A DNA stretch of 33,034 nucleotides, taken from positions 17,278-50,311 of the forward strand of contig JBNAVT010000013.1 of assembly GCA_049700215.1 (NCBI GenBank), written 5' to 3'. Numbering within the stretch: the first letter of the stretch is position 1; every line of letters begins with the position of its first letter. The stretch is from Thermoproteota archaeon (lineage in GTDB: Archaea > Thermoproteota > EX4484-205 > JAAOZP01). The notes beneath the pieces are model-generated. The model ran no database searches, was not told where the DNA came from, and saw only the letters and a program-made list of their open reading frames with translations. The translations under genes were made by a program, and so were the position numbers. Positions 1 to 9,053 of this stretch are shown here, piece after piece.

Positions 1-869
1 TCGGAGGACCTGGGGACGATTCTTTCCTAAGCCTCTGCGTAGACAACGAGAGGGTCCACGTAGTTGGCCACGCGGCTAGAGCCACGGGGATGCTGCCGTT
101 ATACTTGCAATACGGGTTTAACGGGACGCTTATCGGCAACTGGACTCTTTCAATAGACTTCCTATCATCCTGGACGGGGGTTTACCCTGCTGACGGCGTT
201 ATCCACATGGTTGGGAACAACGTGAGGAGCCTGTTTCGCAACAGGGGCATATACGCCCGTTACGTTACGAGCTACGGGTTGACGGTGAACTTTCCGGGCG
301 ACGGTTTCTGGGCTGCTTTAGACGGTGAAAACAAGACTGGGAGAAGCGTCAGCTTCGAGGCCACGGGCGTGGAGCACAGGCTTGAAGCAGCTTTTTACAA
401 GACTACTGGGGAAACCAGGCTGGCTTTCAGCGCGTGGAGCGACGGCGCTGCCGATAATCCCCGCGTTATAAGGTTGAGCAGGGACACTGTTCTCGACGCC
501 GTCTACAGGGTTGAGCATCATGTAGCCGTGTCGAGCGAGCTTGGAGAAGCCTCTGGGGAAGGATGGTATGCCGAGGGCTCGACCGCAACAGTATCAGTAA
601 CGCCGAGCATAATTCCCAAGGATTTTTTCACGAACAATGTTTTCGACGGATGGGTTGAGAACGGGAGGAAGGCGTCGTCTTCAGCCGTTTACTCGTTCAT
701 CGTGTCGAAACCCGTTTGCCTCAAGGCAAGTTGGAGAACCGAGCTGAACCCTGTCATGTTAGCCTTAGTAGGACTCATAGCGATTCTTCTAGCCCTCTCA
801 GTTCTGCTAGTGTTTTTGGCAAGGAAGAGGAGAAGATTACCGGTATCTCCTCCGCCTCCACCACCGTGA
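1..869 (+). CDS. 5'-truncated membrane-anchored surface protein (possible beta-propeller part, one InlB-B-like repeat, C-terminal TM helix and poly-Pro tail)
   Basis: Frame is open from base 3 (GGPGDDSFLSLCVD...), so the start lies outside the window. GEGWYAEGSTATVSV...VFDGW repeat resembles those of the 2180-aa protein; hydrophobic helix followed by RKRRR and PPPPPP. Confidence 0.75.
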   Translation, partial: GGPGDDSFLSLCVDNERVHVVGHAARATGMLPLYLQYGFNGTLIGNWTLSIDFLSSWTGVYPADGVIHMVGNNVRSLFRNRGIYARYVTSYGLTVNFPGDGFWAALDGENKTGRSVSFEATGVEHRLEAAFYKTTGETRLAFSAWSDGAADNPRVIRLSRDTVLDAVYRVEHHVAVSSELGEASGEGWYAEGSTATVSVTPSIIPKDFFTNNVFDGWVENGRKASSSAVYSFIVSKPVCLKASWRTELNPVMLALVGLIAILLALSVLLVFLARKRRRLPVSPPPPPP

Positions 870-1002
870 CACGTATGAGGACAGCGTTTCGGCGTTACAG
901 CTGGAAAAGAGACGGTGTAAACATACTCCTCGCTTAGAAGCGGTTTCCACCAGTATGAAGCGCTGCTAACCGGGTTTTAGTCAACATGGTTTTAAAATGC
1001 GG

Positions 1003-1017
1003 AAAAACACTTATATT
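1003..1017 (+). promoter_or_regulatory. Putative archaeal BRE/TATA promoter
   Basis: AAAAACACTTATATT about 40 nt upstream of the ATG at 1054. Confidence 0.4.
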
Positions 1018-1053
1018 TCCAGCTTTCATGGATAATGGTCTAAAGGGGGCATT

Positions 1054-2106
1054 ATGATGAGGAGCACGGATAGGGCGTTCTATGTTTCTCTCGACGCGTT
1101 GAAAAGCCGGGAATCCGTGGAGCACGCGGTATCGGAATGGGTTGAAACCGGTGTGAACAGGATCTACCTGTTGACTAAGCGTTCAGACGGTGTTACGTAT
1201 AGAAGCAGGATTGCAAGGTCAAGGGTTGAAGGCGAGTTTGACGCTTTCGCAGAAACAGTGGGGCGCGCGAAGGATGCTGGGATAGAGGTCCACGCATGGT
1301 TCTGCTGCTATATTGAGAGCGTTAGGGAACCCAGCGAATACCTGAGGACGCATCCTGAGGCTCTGCTTGTAAACAGGCTTGGAAAAACGAATCTGGAGGA
1401 GCCTACGTGGAGCACGGTTGACACCCGTTACAGCACTTACTGGGTTTGCCCAAGCCACACTGGGTACCGCCAGTACTTAACGTCCCTTATGAGGGAAGTG
1501 GTTGAAAACTATCAGGTTGACGGGATTCATCTCGACTATATAAGGTATCCTGAAGCAGTTGAGGGAAGATACTATTGTTACTGCCGTAGATGCAGGGAGA
1601 AGTTTAAAGAGGAATACGGGTATGAGCTTCCAGCCAACGATGTTATTAAAAACAGGTATTATGTTTCAATACTTTGTGAAAACGTCACGGATTCCGTTAG
1701 GGAGTTTTCAAGCCTGGTGCACCGGATGGGTAGGAAAATATCAGCGTATGTTTTCACCGACTACGTGACGGCTATTGAATCCTGCTACCAGGATTGGCCC
1801 TACTTCACCAGGTTTCTCGACTTCCTCTGCCCAACTACCTACGAGGTTTCTCCGGATCACGTGAGGACGCTGGTTCACAGGGCTAGGAGCGTCATGCATG
1901 AGGGGTGTGCGCTGACACCGGTTGTGTTATCGTAGCGCGCGCGCTCTAGGGAGGGTGGTAGAAGGTGGAGCAGGGACAGGACTCCTGAATACGTGTCATC
2001 GGCGGCTAGAGCATGCTTGGAGAGCGGGGCTGACGGGGTTGTTTTCTTTCTCTATGACTCTACGCCGCCTGAAGTCTTAAAAGCCCTGAGGTCTCAGGCT
2101 TTTTAA
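1054..2106 (+). pseudogene. Glycoside hydrolase-like family 10 (DUF187/GHL10) TIM-barrel protein interrupted by an in-frame TAG at 1933-1935
   Basis: GIEVHAW, W-V-C-P and DGIHLDYIRYP motifs. After the TAG the same frame continues for 56 codons, including GADGVVFFLY (last barrel strand), to TAA at 2104-2106. Confidence 0.75.
1933..1949. repeat. TAG-(CG)n motif copy (TAGCGCGCGCGCTCTAG)
   Basis: Read directly; supplies the amber that interrupts the GHL10 gene. Confidence 0.9.
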
Positions 2107-2137
2107 TGTTTTAATGAAAAAAACAGGAAGTAAACTT

Positions 2138-2524
2138 CTATTCTATGCCCCATTTCGCAGTGACTTTCACCAGCAGGAAGATTACGAAGGCTACGATTAG
2201 GAAAGTTATCAGCGTTCCTGTGAAATGACCTATTCTGAACGGTCCAGCCGTAACCTGCTCCCATGCTACGTCAGGCGTGGCGAGCTCGATAATAGGCATT
2301 ATCAGGTCGTTGACTAGCGCCTGCACCAGTGCTCCGAGATACAGGCCGAGTATGAAGGCGACAGCCATCCCGAGAACCCTGTATTTCGAGATGAAGGCTT
2401 TAAACTCCTCCAACAGTCCTTTCGGCGCTGGCGGCGCGGGCGGAGCCGGCTTAGGCTCCAAAAGCTGCCTGATCTTTCTCAACTCCTCCACTATCTCATC
2501 CTCTTTAGACGGCATGCTTAACAC
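2138..2524 (-). CDS. mscL: Large-conductance mechanosensitive channel MscL family protein (may start at ATG 2515)
   Basis: EEFKAFI S1 helix, LGMAVAFILG...LVNDLIMPII TM1, and IGHF...LITFLIVAFVIFLLVK TM2. Confidence 0.85.
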   Translation of the reverse strand: MLSMPSKEDEIVEELRKIRQLLEPKPAPPAPPAPKGLLEEFKAFISKYRVLGMAVAFILGLYLGALVQALVNDLIMPIIELATPDVAWEQVTAGPFRIGHFTGTLITFLIVAFVIFLLVKVTAKWGIE

Positions 2525-2620
2525 TGTAATAGGCTTTTAACCACTGTATAAAGCTTTCCAGGCGTCTGCTGAAAGGATTGTTGAAACGCTTAAAAACAGG
2601 TTTGGAACCATGGTGGCGGG

Positions 2621-3277
2621 TTGAAGATTGACCTGCATGTTCACACCGTCTACTCAGACGGGAGTGGGACGGTTGAGCAGGTTCTTCAGACTGCTAGAGC
2701 AAAGGGTTTAGACGGCTTAGCCATTACTGACCACGCTACTCTCAAGGGGTATTTCAAGGCTAAACAATACTGTGGCGGGATGCTTGTCCTACCCGGGTAT
2801 GAGCTCAGCACAGACGCTGGCCACGTTTTAGTCATAGGGCTGGAACACCTGCCGCCGGGTAAAAGCGTTTTAAACTATGAGGAGCTTGTCGAGTGGGCTA
2901 GGGGCGAGGGCGGGTTAACGGTTCTGGCCCACCCTGCTTTAAACACGGGTAAACTGGGAAGATGGATTGATTGTAAAACTGATGCCGTTGAGGTTCTAAA
3001 CGCTTCATACCCGTTAAGCATCCTCGTGAAAAAGGGTTTGAAAATCTCCATGATGCTGAGTATCCCAGGCGTCGGTGGGAGCGATGCTCATTTCCCAGGA
3101 AGCGTTGGAGACGCGTACACGCTTATCGGGGTAGACAACATGGGCTTCGAAGATTTTTCAAGAGCCCTTAGGGAAGGCAGGGTTTCTTACAACGGCCGGC
3201 TGTCACCCTTATCCTCGAGGTTGAGAATCGGGTTTAGATACTTAGCGTGGAAAACCCTTTCCCCAGAGGCTTTCTGA
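2621..3277 (+). CDS. PHP-domain metal-dependent phosphoesterase
   Basis: DLHVHT..SDG, AITDH, GYE, AHP and GGSDAH motifs. Confidence 0.9.
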   Translation: MKIDLHVHTVYSDGSGTVEQVLQTARAKGLDGLAITDHATLKGYFKAKQYCGGMLVLPGYELSTDAGHVLVIGLEHLPPGKSVLNYEELVEWARGEGGLTVLAHPALNTGKLGRWIDCKTDAVEVLNASYPLSILVKKGLKISMMLSIPGVGGSDAHFPGSVGDAYTLIGVDNMGFEDFSRALREGRVSYNGRLSPLSSRLRIGFRYLAWKTLSPEAF

Positions 3278-3341
3278 AAAACCTTCCAGTCTTCAAGATA
3301 GGCTTAATACTGGTCGCGCTTTTTCAGCCTAGGGCTTAGCG

Positions 3342-4943
3342 ATGAGGGGCTTCGCACTAGTTGACGGACGAATATACGTCTCGTTTAAACCTGTTTTAAG
3401 AGTCGAGGCGGCTGTGATCCTTGGGAACAGGGTTGCATACGTGGGTAGTGAAGCCGGGGCTCTCAGCATGTCTAGGACACTCGGCCTCGACACTGTGAGC
3501 CTTAAGGGTAGGACTGTGCTTCCAGGGTTCATAGATGCTCACGTGCATCTCGACTCCCTAGGCGTTTTTTTAAACACTCTCAACCTGAGGGGGGTTAGAA
3601 GCATAGGGGAGCTTAAGACAAGGCTGAGAAACCACGCTGCGAAGAGCTTGTCACGCTGGGTCCTGGGCCGCGGCTGGGACCAGGAGACGCTGGAGGAGAA
3701 GCGTTACCCAACCAGGTGGGATCTTGACGAGGCTGTGAGCGAGAGGCCCGTGTTTCTCAGCAGGGTGTGCGGCCATGCTGCAGTCGTTAACACTATGGTG
3801 CTCGAGCTGACAGGGCTGACAGGGGGGAGCGTGCCCGGTGTTTTGAAGAATGAGGCTGGCGCGCCAACAGGGGTCCTAGTGGGAAAGGCTTTGGAGACTG
3901 TTAGGAGCATGATTGAGGAGCAGACGGCTTTCCAGGAGCGTAAAAAACTCCTGACGGATGCGCTTGCATACTCTGCCTCCCAGGGCGTGACCACAGTGGG
4001 CTTCGTATCCTGCGGCTCAGCGAGCCTCAAGGCTCTTCAAGAGCTTGAGGCTGAGCTTAAACGCCTCCCGGTTAGAGTAAGGGTGTACTTGAACCCTGGT
4101 GAGGCTGGGGAAACGGGGCTTCAAGCCTTGAAACACGGCTCACCATTCCTAAGGGTTAACGGTGTTAAGCTTTTCGCCGACGGTTCCCTCGGGGCTAGGA
4201 GCGCGCTGCTTTCAAAACCATACTCGGATTCTCCAGAAACCTCGGGCTGTGCAAGCATGGATGAGGCCTCGCTGCGGGCACTGGTTAAAGAGGCGTGTGA
4301 AAAAGGCTTGCAGGCTGCTGTCCACGCGATAGGCGATAAGGCTGTTGAGAACACTCTTAAAGCCTTTGAAACAGTGGCCGAGTGCTCCAGGAGACTAAGG
4401 CACAGGGTTGAACACGCTTCAGTCTTGAGGAGCGACCTGGTGGAGATGATGAGGAGGCTGGGCGTAGCGGTAGTCGTTCAGCCGCATTTTATCATGACTG
4501 ACTGGTGGGTGGTTAACAGGGTTGGGGTTGAGAGAGCAGGGCTCGTCTACCCTTTCAAGACCCTGGCTGAGAACGTTAGGCTCAGCCTGAGCACAGACGC
4601 GCCTGTGGAACCCTTGAACCCTTGGGAGACGGTTTACGCTGCGACGACAAGGGGCGGGCGCGACGATATACCTCTCTACCAGCATACTGCTGGCGAGTGT
4701 TTAACGCTTGAGGAGGCTCTCCACCTGTACACGGAGGGCTCCGCCTACGCGCTGCTCGAGGAGGGTGGGCTCGGCTCTTTGAAAGAGGGCAGGCTGGCAG
4801 ACCTCGTTGTCGTCGATAAGGATCCTTTCAACATCCCCCTGGAGGAGGTTAAGGAAACAAGGGTTCTCGCAACGTTCGTCGACGGTTGCTGCGTGTTTAC
4901 CGCCGGGGGCTCCGGGTTAGAAGGCTTTTGCAACCTCTTTTAA
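3342..4943 (+). CDS. Amidohydrolase family 3 (YtcJ-like) metal-dependent hydrolase
   Basis: PGFIDAHVH, KLFADGSLGARSA, HAIGD, HRVEHAS, STDAPV and GRLADLVV motifs. Confidence 0.9.
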   Translation: MRGFALVDGRIYVSFKPVLRVEAAVILGNRVAYVGSEAGALSMSRTLGLDTVSLKGRTVLPGFIDAHVHLDSLGVFLNTLNLRGVRSIGELKTRLRNHAAKSLSRWVLGRGWDQETLEEKRYPTRWDLDEAVSERPVFLSRVCGHAAVVNTMVLELTGLTGGSVPGVLKNEAGAPTGVLVGKALETVRSMIEEQTAFQERKKLLTDALAYSASQGVTTVGFVSCGSASLKALQELEAELKRLPVRVRVYLNPGEAGETGLQALKHGSPFLRVNGVKLFADGSLGARSALLSKPYSDSPETSGCASMDEASLRALVKEACEKGLQAAVHAIGDKAVENTLKAFETVAECSRRLRHRVEHASVLRSDLVEMMRRLGVAVVVQPHFIMTDWWVVNRVGVERAGLVYPFKTLAENVRLSLSTDAPVEPLNPWETVYAATTRGGRDDIPLYQHTAGECLTLEEALHLYTEGSAYALLEEGGLGSLKEGRLADLVVVDKDPFNIPLEEVKETRVLATFVDGCCVFTAGGSGLEGFCNLF

Positions 4944-5065
4944 AAAACTATCGGGCAGCCGGGCTCAGGTTGAAAAATTTTAAGAAACCGTGGGAAACCA
5001 TGGTGAACAATGCTAAACTAAAGGAAGGTTAAAAAACGCCTGAAACTGTTTTAAGCGGAGACGCT

Positions 5066-5317
5066 ATGAAGCTGGTCCAGGTGAAAATCTACAAGGGGGA
5101 GAGATACTATATTGCTGAATGCGTCGATATCCCGCTGTTCACCTACGGCAGGACTCTAGACGAGGTTGTTGAAAAGATGAGGGAGGCAGTCGCCCCCCGT
5201 TTGAAAAACGATGGCTTGAAGAAGTGGGAGATTCCTCCGGACTTCTCGATCCTGCTGAACCTCGAGCTCCCTTCTCCAGCTGGAAAAGGAAGCGTGGAGC
5301 AGACCAGGTTCAGCTAG
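5066..5317 (+). CDS. HicB/UPF0150-like antitoxin-fold protein (no adjacent HicA)
   Basis: YIAECVDIP-LFTYGRTLDEVVEKMREAV matches the HicB N-terminal partial RNase H fold pattern. Confidence 0.75.
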   Translation: MKLVQVKIYKGERYYIAECVDIPLFTYGRTLDEVVEKMREAVAPRLKNDGLKKWEIPPDFSILLNLELPSPAGKGSVEQTRFS

Positions 5318-5390
5318 GCTTTTCAACGGGCCGGCTGCTTCAAAAAATCTTTCAGGAAGACCGTTCAGGCTTTGAAAGCACGCTGCATGC

Positions 5391-6077
5391 TCAGCCTTGG
5401 CTGGAGAGCCTCATCCTTACTTCCTCAAGGTCCTTAACAGTGTCTATAGACTTCCAGTATGCTTCAGCCTCAAAATATTTCCTCAGCAATCCTTCTCCAG
5501 CCAGCCTTGGGAAAACCAGTTTCTCAACATCACCCTCCTCATACTCTAGAAACCTGTGTTTAAGCCCACCGTCTATCAGGTAGATGCCGGCGTTAATATA
5601 GTGTGGCAGCACTGGTTTCTCCTCGAAACCCGTTATCTTCTCCCCGGAAACCTGGACGACGCCGTAGGGCGACCTTAGGCTTGTCAGAGCCATGCTCACC
5701 GTCCCAGGCTTCCACTCCGATATCATTCTAGACAGGTCTATGTCGGTGACGATGTCGCCGTTCATCACGAGGTACAGGTCTGACTCGACACTGCTCAAAA
5801 GGCTGTTGATAGCGTACAGCGTGCCCCTAGGCTTGTCCTCAACAATATAGTGGATTCTAACGCTCCTCCAGTTTTCCCCATATCTCTTAACCAGCTTCTC
5901 ATGCTGGTAGCCCGCCAGCAGGTAGACGTTCGAGATGCCAGCGTGCTTCATCTGCATTATCAGCCTGTCTAGGATCGTAAGGTTCCTACCTATCTCCAGC
6001 AGCGGCTTCGGAACATTGTCTGTCAGAGGCCTCAGCCTTTTCCCAAGGCCTCCGCAGAGCACTCCGCCCACGATCAT
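5391..6077 (-). CDS. Sugar-phosphate nucleotidyltransferase (NTP_transferase family)
   Basis: LCGGLGKRLRPLT..PKPL, NGD, FEEKP and INAGIY motifs. Confidence 0.9.
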   Translation of the reverse strand: MIVGGVLCGGLGKRLRPLTDNVPKPLLEIGRNLTILDRLIMQMKHAGISNVYLLAGYQHEKLVKRYGENWRSVRIHYIVEDKPRGTLYAINSLLSSVESDLYLVMNGDIVTDIDLSRMISEWKPGTVSMALTSLRSPYGVVQVSGEKITGFEEKPVLPHYINAGIYLIDGGLKHRFLEYEEGDVEKLVFPRLAGEGLLRKYFEAEAYWKSIDTVKDLEEVRMRLSSQG

Positions 6078-6189
6078 CCTGAGGATTCGGGGGTGAGCAG
6101 GGTGGTTAAAAACTTCTCTCCCACGGATTCTTGAAACCAGTGTTAGCCTTGAGGCGAGCAGGCGAGGCAGGCTGGCGTTTCACATGCTT

Positions 6190-6665
6190 AAGCGCGCGAT
6201 CGTGGAGGAGGAGTTCAGGGGGAGAATGCTTGGAGAGGAGCCTGTGAAACACTGGCTTGAAACAAGGTTCAAAGAGGCTTCGGAGTTCGCTCCCCTCGGG
6301 GTTGTTTTCGACACTATAGAGGTTTCAGTAGGCTGGAACAGGGCGGTAAGTCTCTACCGAAGCCTTGTTGAAGCGATGCGGGCTGTTAAGGGAATGCTCT
6401 CCGCATCCGCTCATGCTTCACACTTCTACCCTCAGGGCGTCTGCTTAGCGCGCGCCTAGGCGCGCGCACCGGAGAAGTATTACAGCGACGTGTGGGACGC
6501 TGCGATGAAGACTACTCTCGAAAACGGCGGGTCGATAAGCCACCACCACAGCGTCGGCAGGCAGAGAAGAAGATGGCTTAAGGATGAGCTCGGCCCTGCC
6601 CTCGACATTCTCAAAAAGGGTTAAGACTGCTCTAGACGATAAGGGTTTGTGAACCCGGGGGTGAG
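6190..6665 (+). pseudogene. Remnant of an FAD-linked oxidase (alkyl-DHAP synthase/GlcD-like), C-terminal domain only
   Basis: DTIEVSVGW, HASHFYPQGVC, then past an in-frame TAG: PEKYYSDVWDAAM...GGSISHHHSVGRQR. Further frameshifts precede KTALD..NPG. The N-terminal FAD-binding domain is absent. Confidence 0.8.
6446..6467. repeat. TAG-(CG)n motif; contains perfect 20-bp palindrome GCGCGCGCCTAGGCGCGCGC (6448-6467)
   Basis: Read directly. Confidence 0.9.
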
Positions 6666-6707
6666 CCTAAGGCAAGCTGGAGCAGAGCCTTGAGAAGGCT
6701 TCTTTAA

Positions 6708-8135
6708 TCAGCCGCCAGCCTGTTTAAAGTACACCGGGTTCGTCAAGGCGAACACAGTATCATCCTCGCCAGGGTTGACTGAAAACGGGTCCGCAAACCA
6801 GCCGAGCTCAGCCCTTATAAACAGGCAGCCGCGTCTCAAGGCGATCTCCTTCACACGCCTGAAGCTTTCCCCCTCAACCGGGACAGCCTCCTCAACGCCT
6901 TGGGAAGAAATCAGCCTGAGAATCGCACCGTCTCCGCCCCGGGCTTCAACCACCGTTTTCAACACGTCCCCATGCTTTGCTTCAACAGTTTCCCCGGTTT
7001 CGAAGACGCTGGAGCCGGCGTAAGCCTTCAACCCTAGGAAGGGGCCGCTTGGAGACTGGGATACGAATACCCTGCCCTGCTTGATGGAGCTGATCACGCT
7101 CCCCACTGTTGGCGAGTCCACCAGTATCCATGTAGTAGGCTCGCCGAGCCTGGCTAAAGAACCCTCCCCGCCGTGGTAGTCGCTACCGCCTACCGCCGTC
7201 ACCGCGAGCCCTTCGCTCAGCAGGCTGTGCCACCAGGCCAGGGGCTCCCAGTTCTTCACAAACCAGGGGCCGTTCCAGACTTCGACAGCGTCGAAACCCC
7301 TTAACTGTTTAAACTCGAAGTCGCAGCCTATGCACAGCTCCCCCAGGTCCCTCGGATGGTCAACCGATATTGCGAGGCCTTTCTCATGCACCTCGCTGAT
7401 CAGCCTCGCGAAGTCTTCGAGACGCCTCCTTCTGAAGTCGAACCAGGGTCCTCCCCAGACGCTCAAGTGCCCATGGTAAGTGGTCACCTCTACCCCAGGT
7501 ATGAGGAGGACAGGCGGGTTCATGATCTCCCTGATCTCGTAAACCTGGCTTACCGTGCTGTGATCAGTCACGGCAATGTAGTCGAGAGCCTGCTCAACAG
7601 CCTTGGCTACGAGCCCGCGGACACTGTGCTTACCGTCGCTGTGATGACTGTGAACATGCAGGTCGCCCCTTATCCATGCTGGGGCTACGGCTGGCTTCGG
7701 AACACTCAGCCGTGTAACGCCCTCCTCGGGAAAACGGTTCACGCAGGCGTGGCCCCCGAGTCTTGAAGCCTTGACTAACACTCTGTAACCGCATCCTTCC
7801 GGAGGTATCTTCGCCAGCCCGAGGATGATGGACCAGGCTCCCGGGTTAACCTCCCCCGCGACATACCCGGGCGTGGCTTCTCCAGCGGATATTGAGAACA
7901 CGGGTTTATCAGAGCCGCTCCAGCCCCTGAAGCACCCCTCCGGGTCGATTAAGCCTATGTCGACAACACACTTAGAGCTCTTCGGGTACTCGTACGAGAC
8001 CTCTATCGCGTCATACCCCTGAGGAACGTTGAACTGCAGATACTTATACTCGTCCTCATCCCTGTCCCTGAGGGTTAACACGCCTTGAAACTCCCATTTC
8101 AAGAACCCCGTGTCTCCCACGGCTTCCCTCAACAC
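6708..8135 (-). CDS. CehA/McbA-family PHP metallohydrolase with N-terminal beta-sandwich domain
   Basis: RGDLHVHSHHSDG, VTDH, PGVEVTT..GH, EVWNG and GGSDYH motifs; N-terminal DIGL.DP..FRGWSG. Confidence 0.85.
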   Translation of the reverse strand: MLREAVGDTGFLKWEFQGVLTLRDRDEDEYKYLQFNVPQGYDAIEVSYEYPKSSKCVVDIGLIDPEGCFRGWSGSDKPVFSISAGEATPGYVAGEVNPGAWSIILGLAKIPPEGCGYRVLVKASRLGGHACVNRFPEEGVTRLSVPKPAVAPAWIRGDLHVHSHHSDGKHSVRGLVAKAVEQALDYIAVTDHSTVSQVYEIREIMNPPVLLIPGVEVTTYHGHLSVWGGPWFDFRRRRLEDFARLISEVHEKGLAISVDHPRDLGELCIGCDFEFKQLRGFDAVEVWNGPWFVKNWEPLAWWHSLLSEGLAVTAVGGSDYHGGEGSLARLGEPTTWILVDSPTVGSVISSIKQGRVFVSQSPSGPFLGLKAYAGSSVFETGETVEAKHGDVLKTVVEARGGDGAILRLISSQGVEEAVPVEGESFRRVKEIALRRGCLFIRAELGWFADPFSVNPGEDDTVFALTNPVYFKQAGG

Positions 8136-8243
8136 TCGTTAGAACCTTGCTTAGGCTGATTTAAACCCTGCTGGCCGCATGCGGGCTGAACCGTCACCGG
8201 GCACGGTTAAATACTTGCTCAAGCCTGTTTAGAACGACCTGGA

Positions 8244-9053
8244 ATGAGCCAGTGGGGCAGGCTTCTTCTAGACGAGATCGAGGGTGCAAGCGTAGAGCAG
8301 GGTTCTGCAGTCGTCTGGAGCATAGGGGGCGCTGGAGTAGTCGTCAAAACACCTTTATCCACCGTGATGATAGACCCGTTCTTCGGCTCAAGCGGGTCCA
8401 GCGAATGGGTTAGAATGATCCCTGCACCCCTAGACCCTTGGGAGATGCGTTTCTGCAACCTGTTCCTGTCAACCCATGAGCACGAGGATCATTGCGAGAG
8501 GAACACTGTTCTAGCAGTGGCGAGGCGGACTGGGGCAAGGTTCATAGGGCCCGAGTCCTCATGCCGCAGGTTCCTCGAATGGGGGGTTGAGGAAAACAGG
8601 GTTACTGTCCTTAGGCCCGGAGAATCCCTCAGCCTTAACGACGTTACTGTTACAGCATGGTTCGCGAACGATCCTGACGCTGAGTCAGCATTATCCTTCG
8701 TCATAAGTGTCGGCGGCGTCAAGCTGTTCCACTCTGGAGACGGCAAGTTCTCAGAGGAGTTTTCGAAAATCGGCGAGCAGGGCGGTGTCGACGTCGCCTT
8801 CCTCTCCCTCGGCCGGAACCCGCGTGGCCACAAGTATTACATGAATGCTTGCGACACGCTTGAGGCTGCAAGGGACCTTGGCGCTCGAACACTCATACCC
8901 GTGCACTGGGATCTTTGGAGGAGGACTCGTGAAGACCCTTGGCTTGTGAAGGAGATCGCGGGGCGCTGGCGGCTGCCCGTGGAAGTCGTTATACTCGGGC
9001 TGGGGGACAAGCATGTCTGCAGGGGGCACGGGCATGAACGCTGCGTGCGCTAA
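8244..9053 (+). CDS. MBL-fold metallo-hydrolase (UlaG-like)
   Basis: IDPF, THEHEDH (HxHxDH), FHSGD and IPVHWD motifs. Confidence 0.85.
   Translation: MSQWGRLLLDEIEGASVEQGSAVVWSIGGAGVVVKTPLSTVMIDPFFGSSGSSEWVRMIPAPLDPWEMRFCNLFLSTHEHEDHCERNTVLAVARRTGARFIGPESSCRRFLEWGVEENRVTVLRPGESLSLNDVTVTAWFANDPDAESALSFVISVGGVKLFHSGDGKFSEEFSKIGEQGGVDVAFLSLGRNPRGHKYYMNACDTLEAARDLGARTLIPVHWDLWRRTREDPWLVKEIAGRWRLPVEVVILGLGDKHVCRGHGHERCVR

Noticed and set aside
1262-1269. GGCGCGCG in the GHL10 gene (also GCGCGC at 4201 and GCACGCGC at 20103)
   Set aside because: Short, lacks TAG arms, and lies in uninterrupted plausible coding sequence; compatible with chance.
1933-6459. Pyrrolysine or amber recoding as the explanation for the two in-frame TAGs
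   Set aside because: Both TAGs are embedded in the same CG motif that elsewhere coincides with deletions and frameshifts. The oxidase has other lesions, many normal genes here end in TAG, and no pyl genes are in the window. Not excluded genome-wide.
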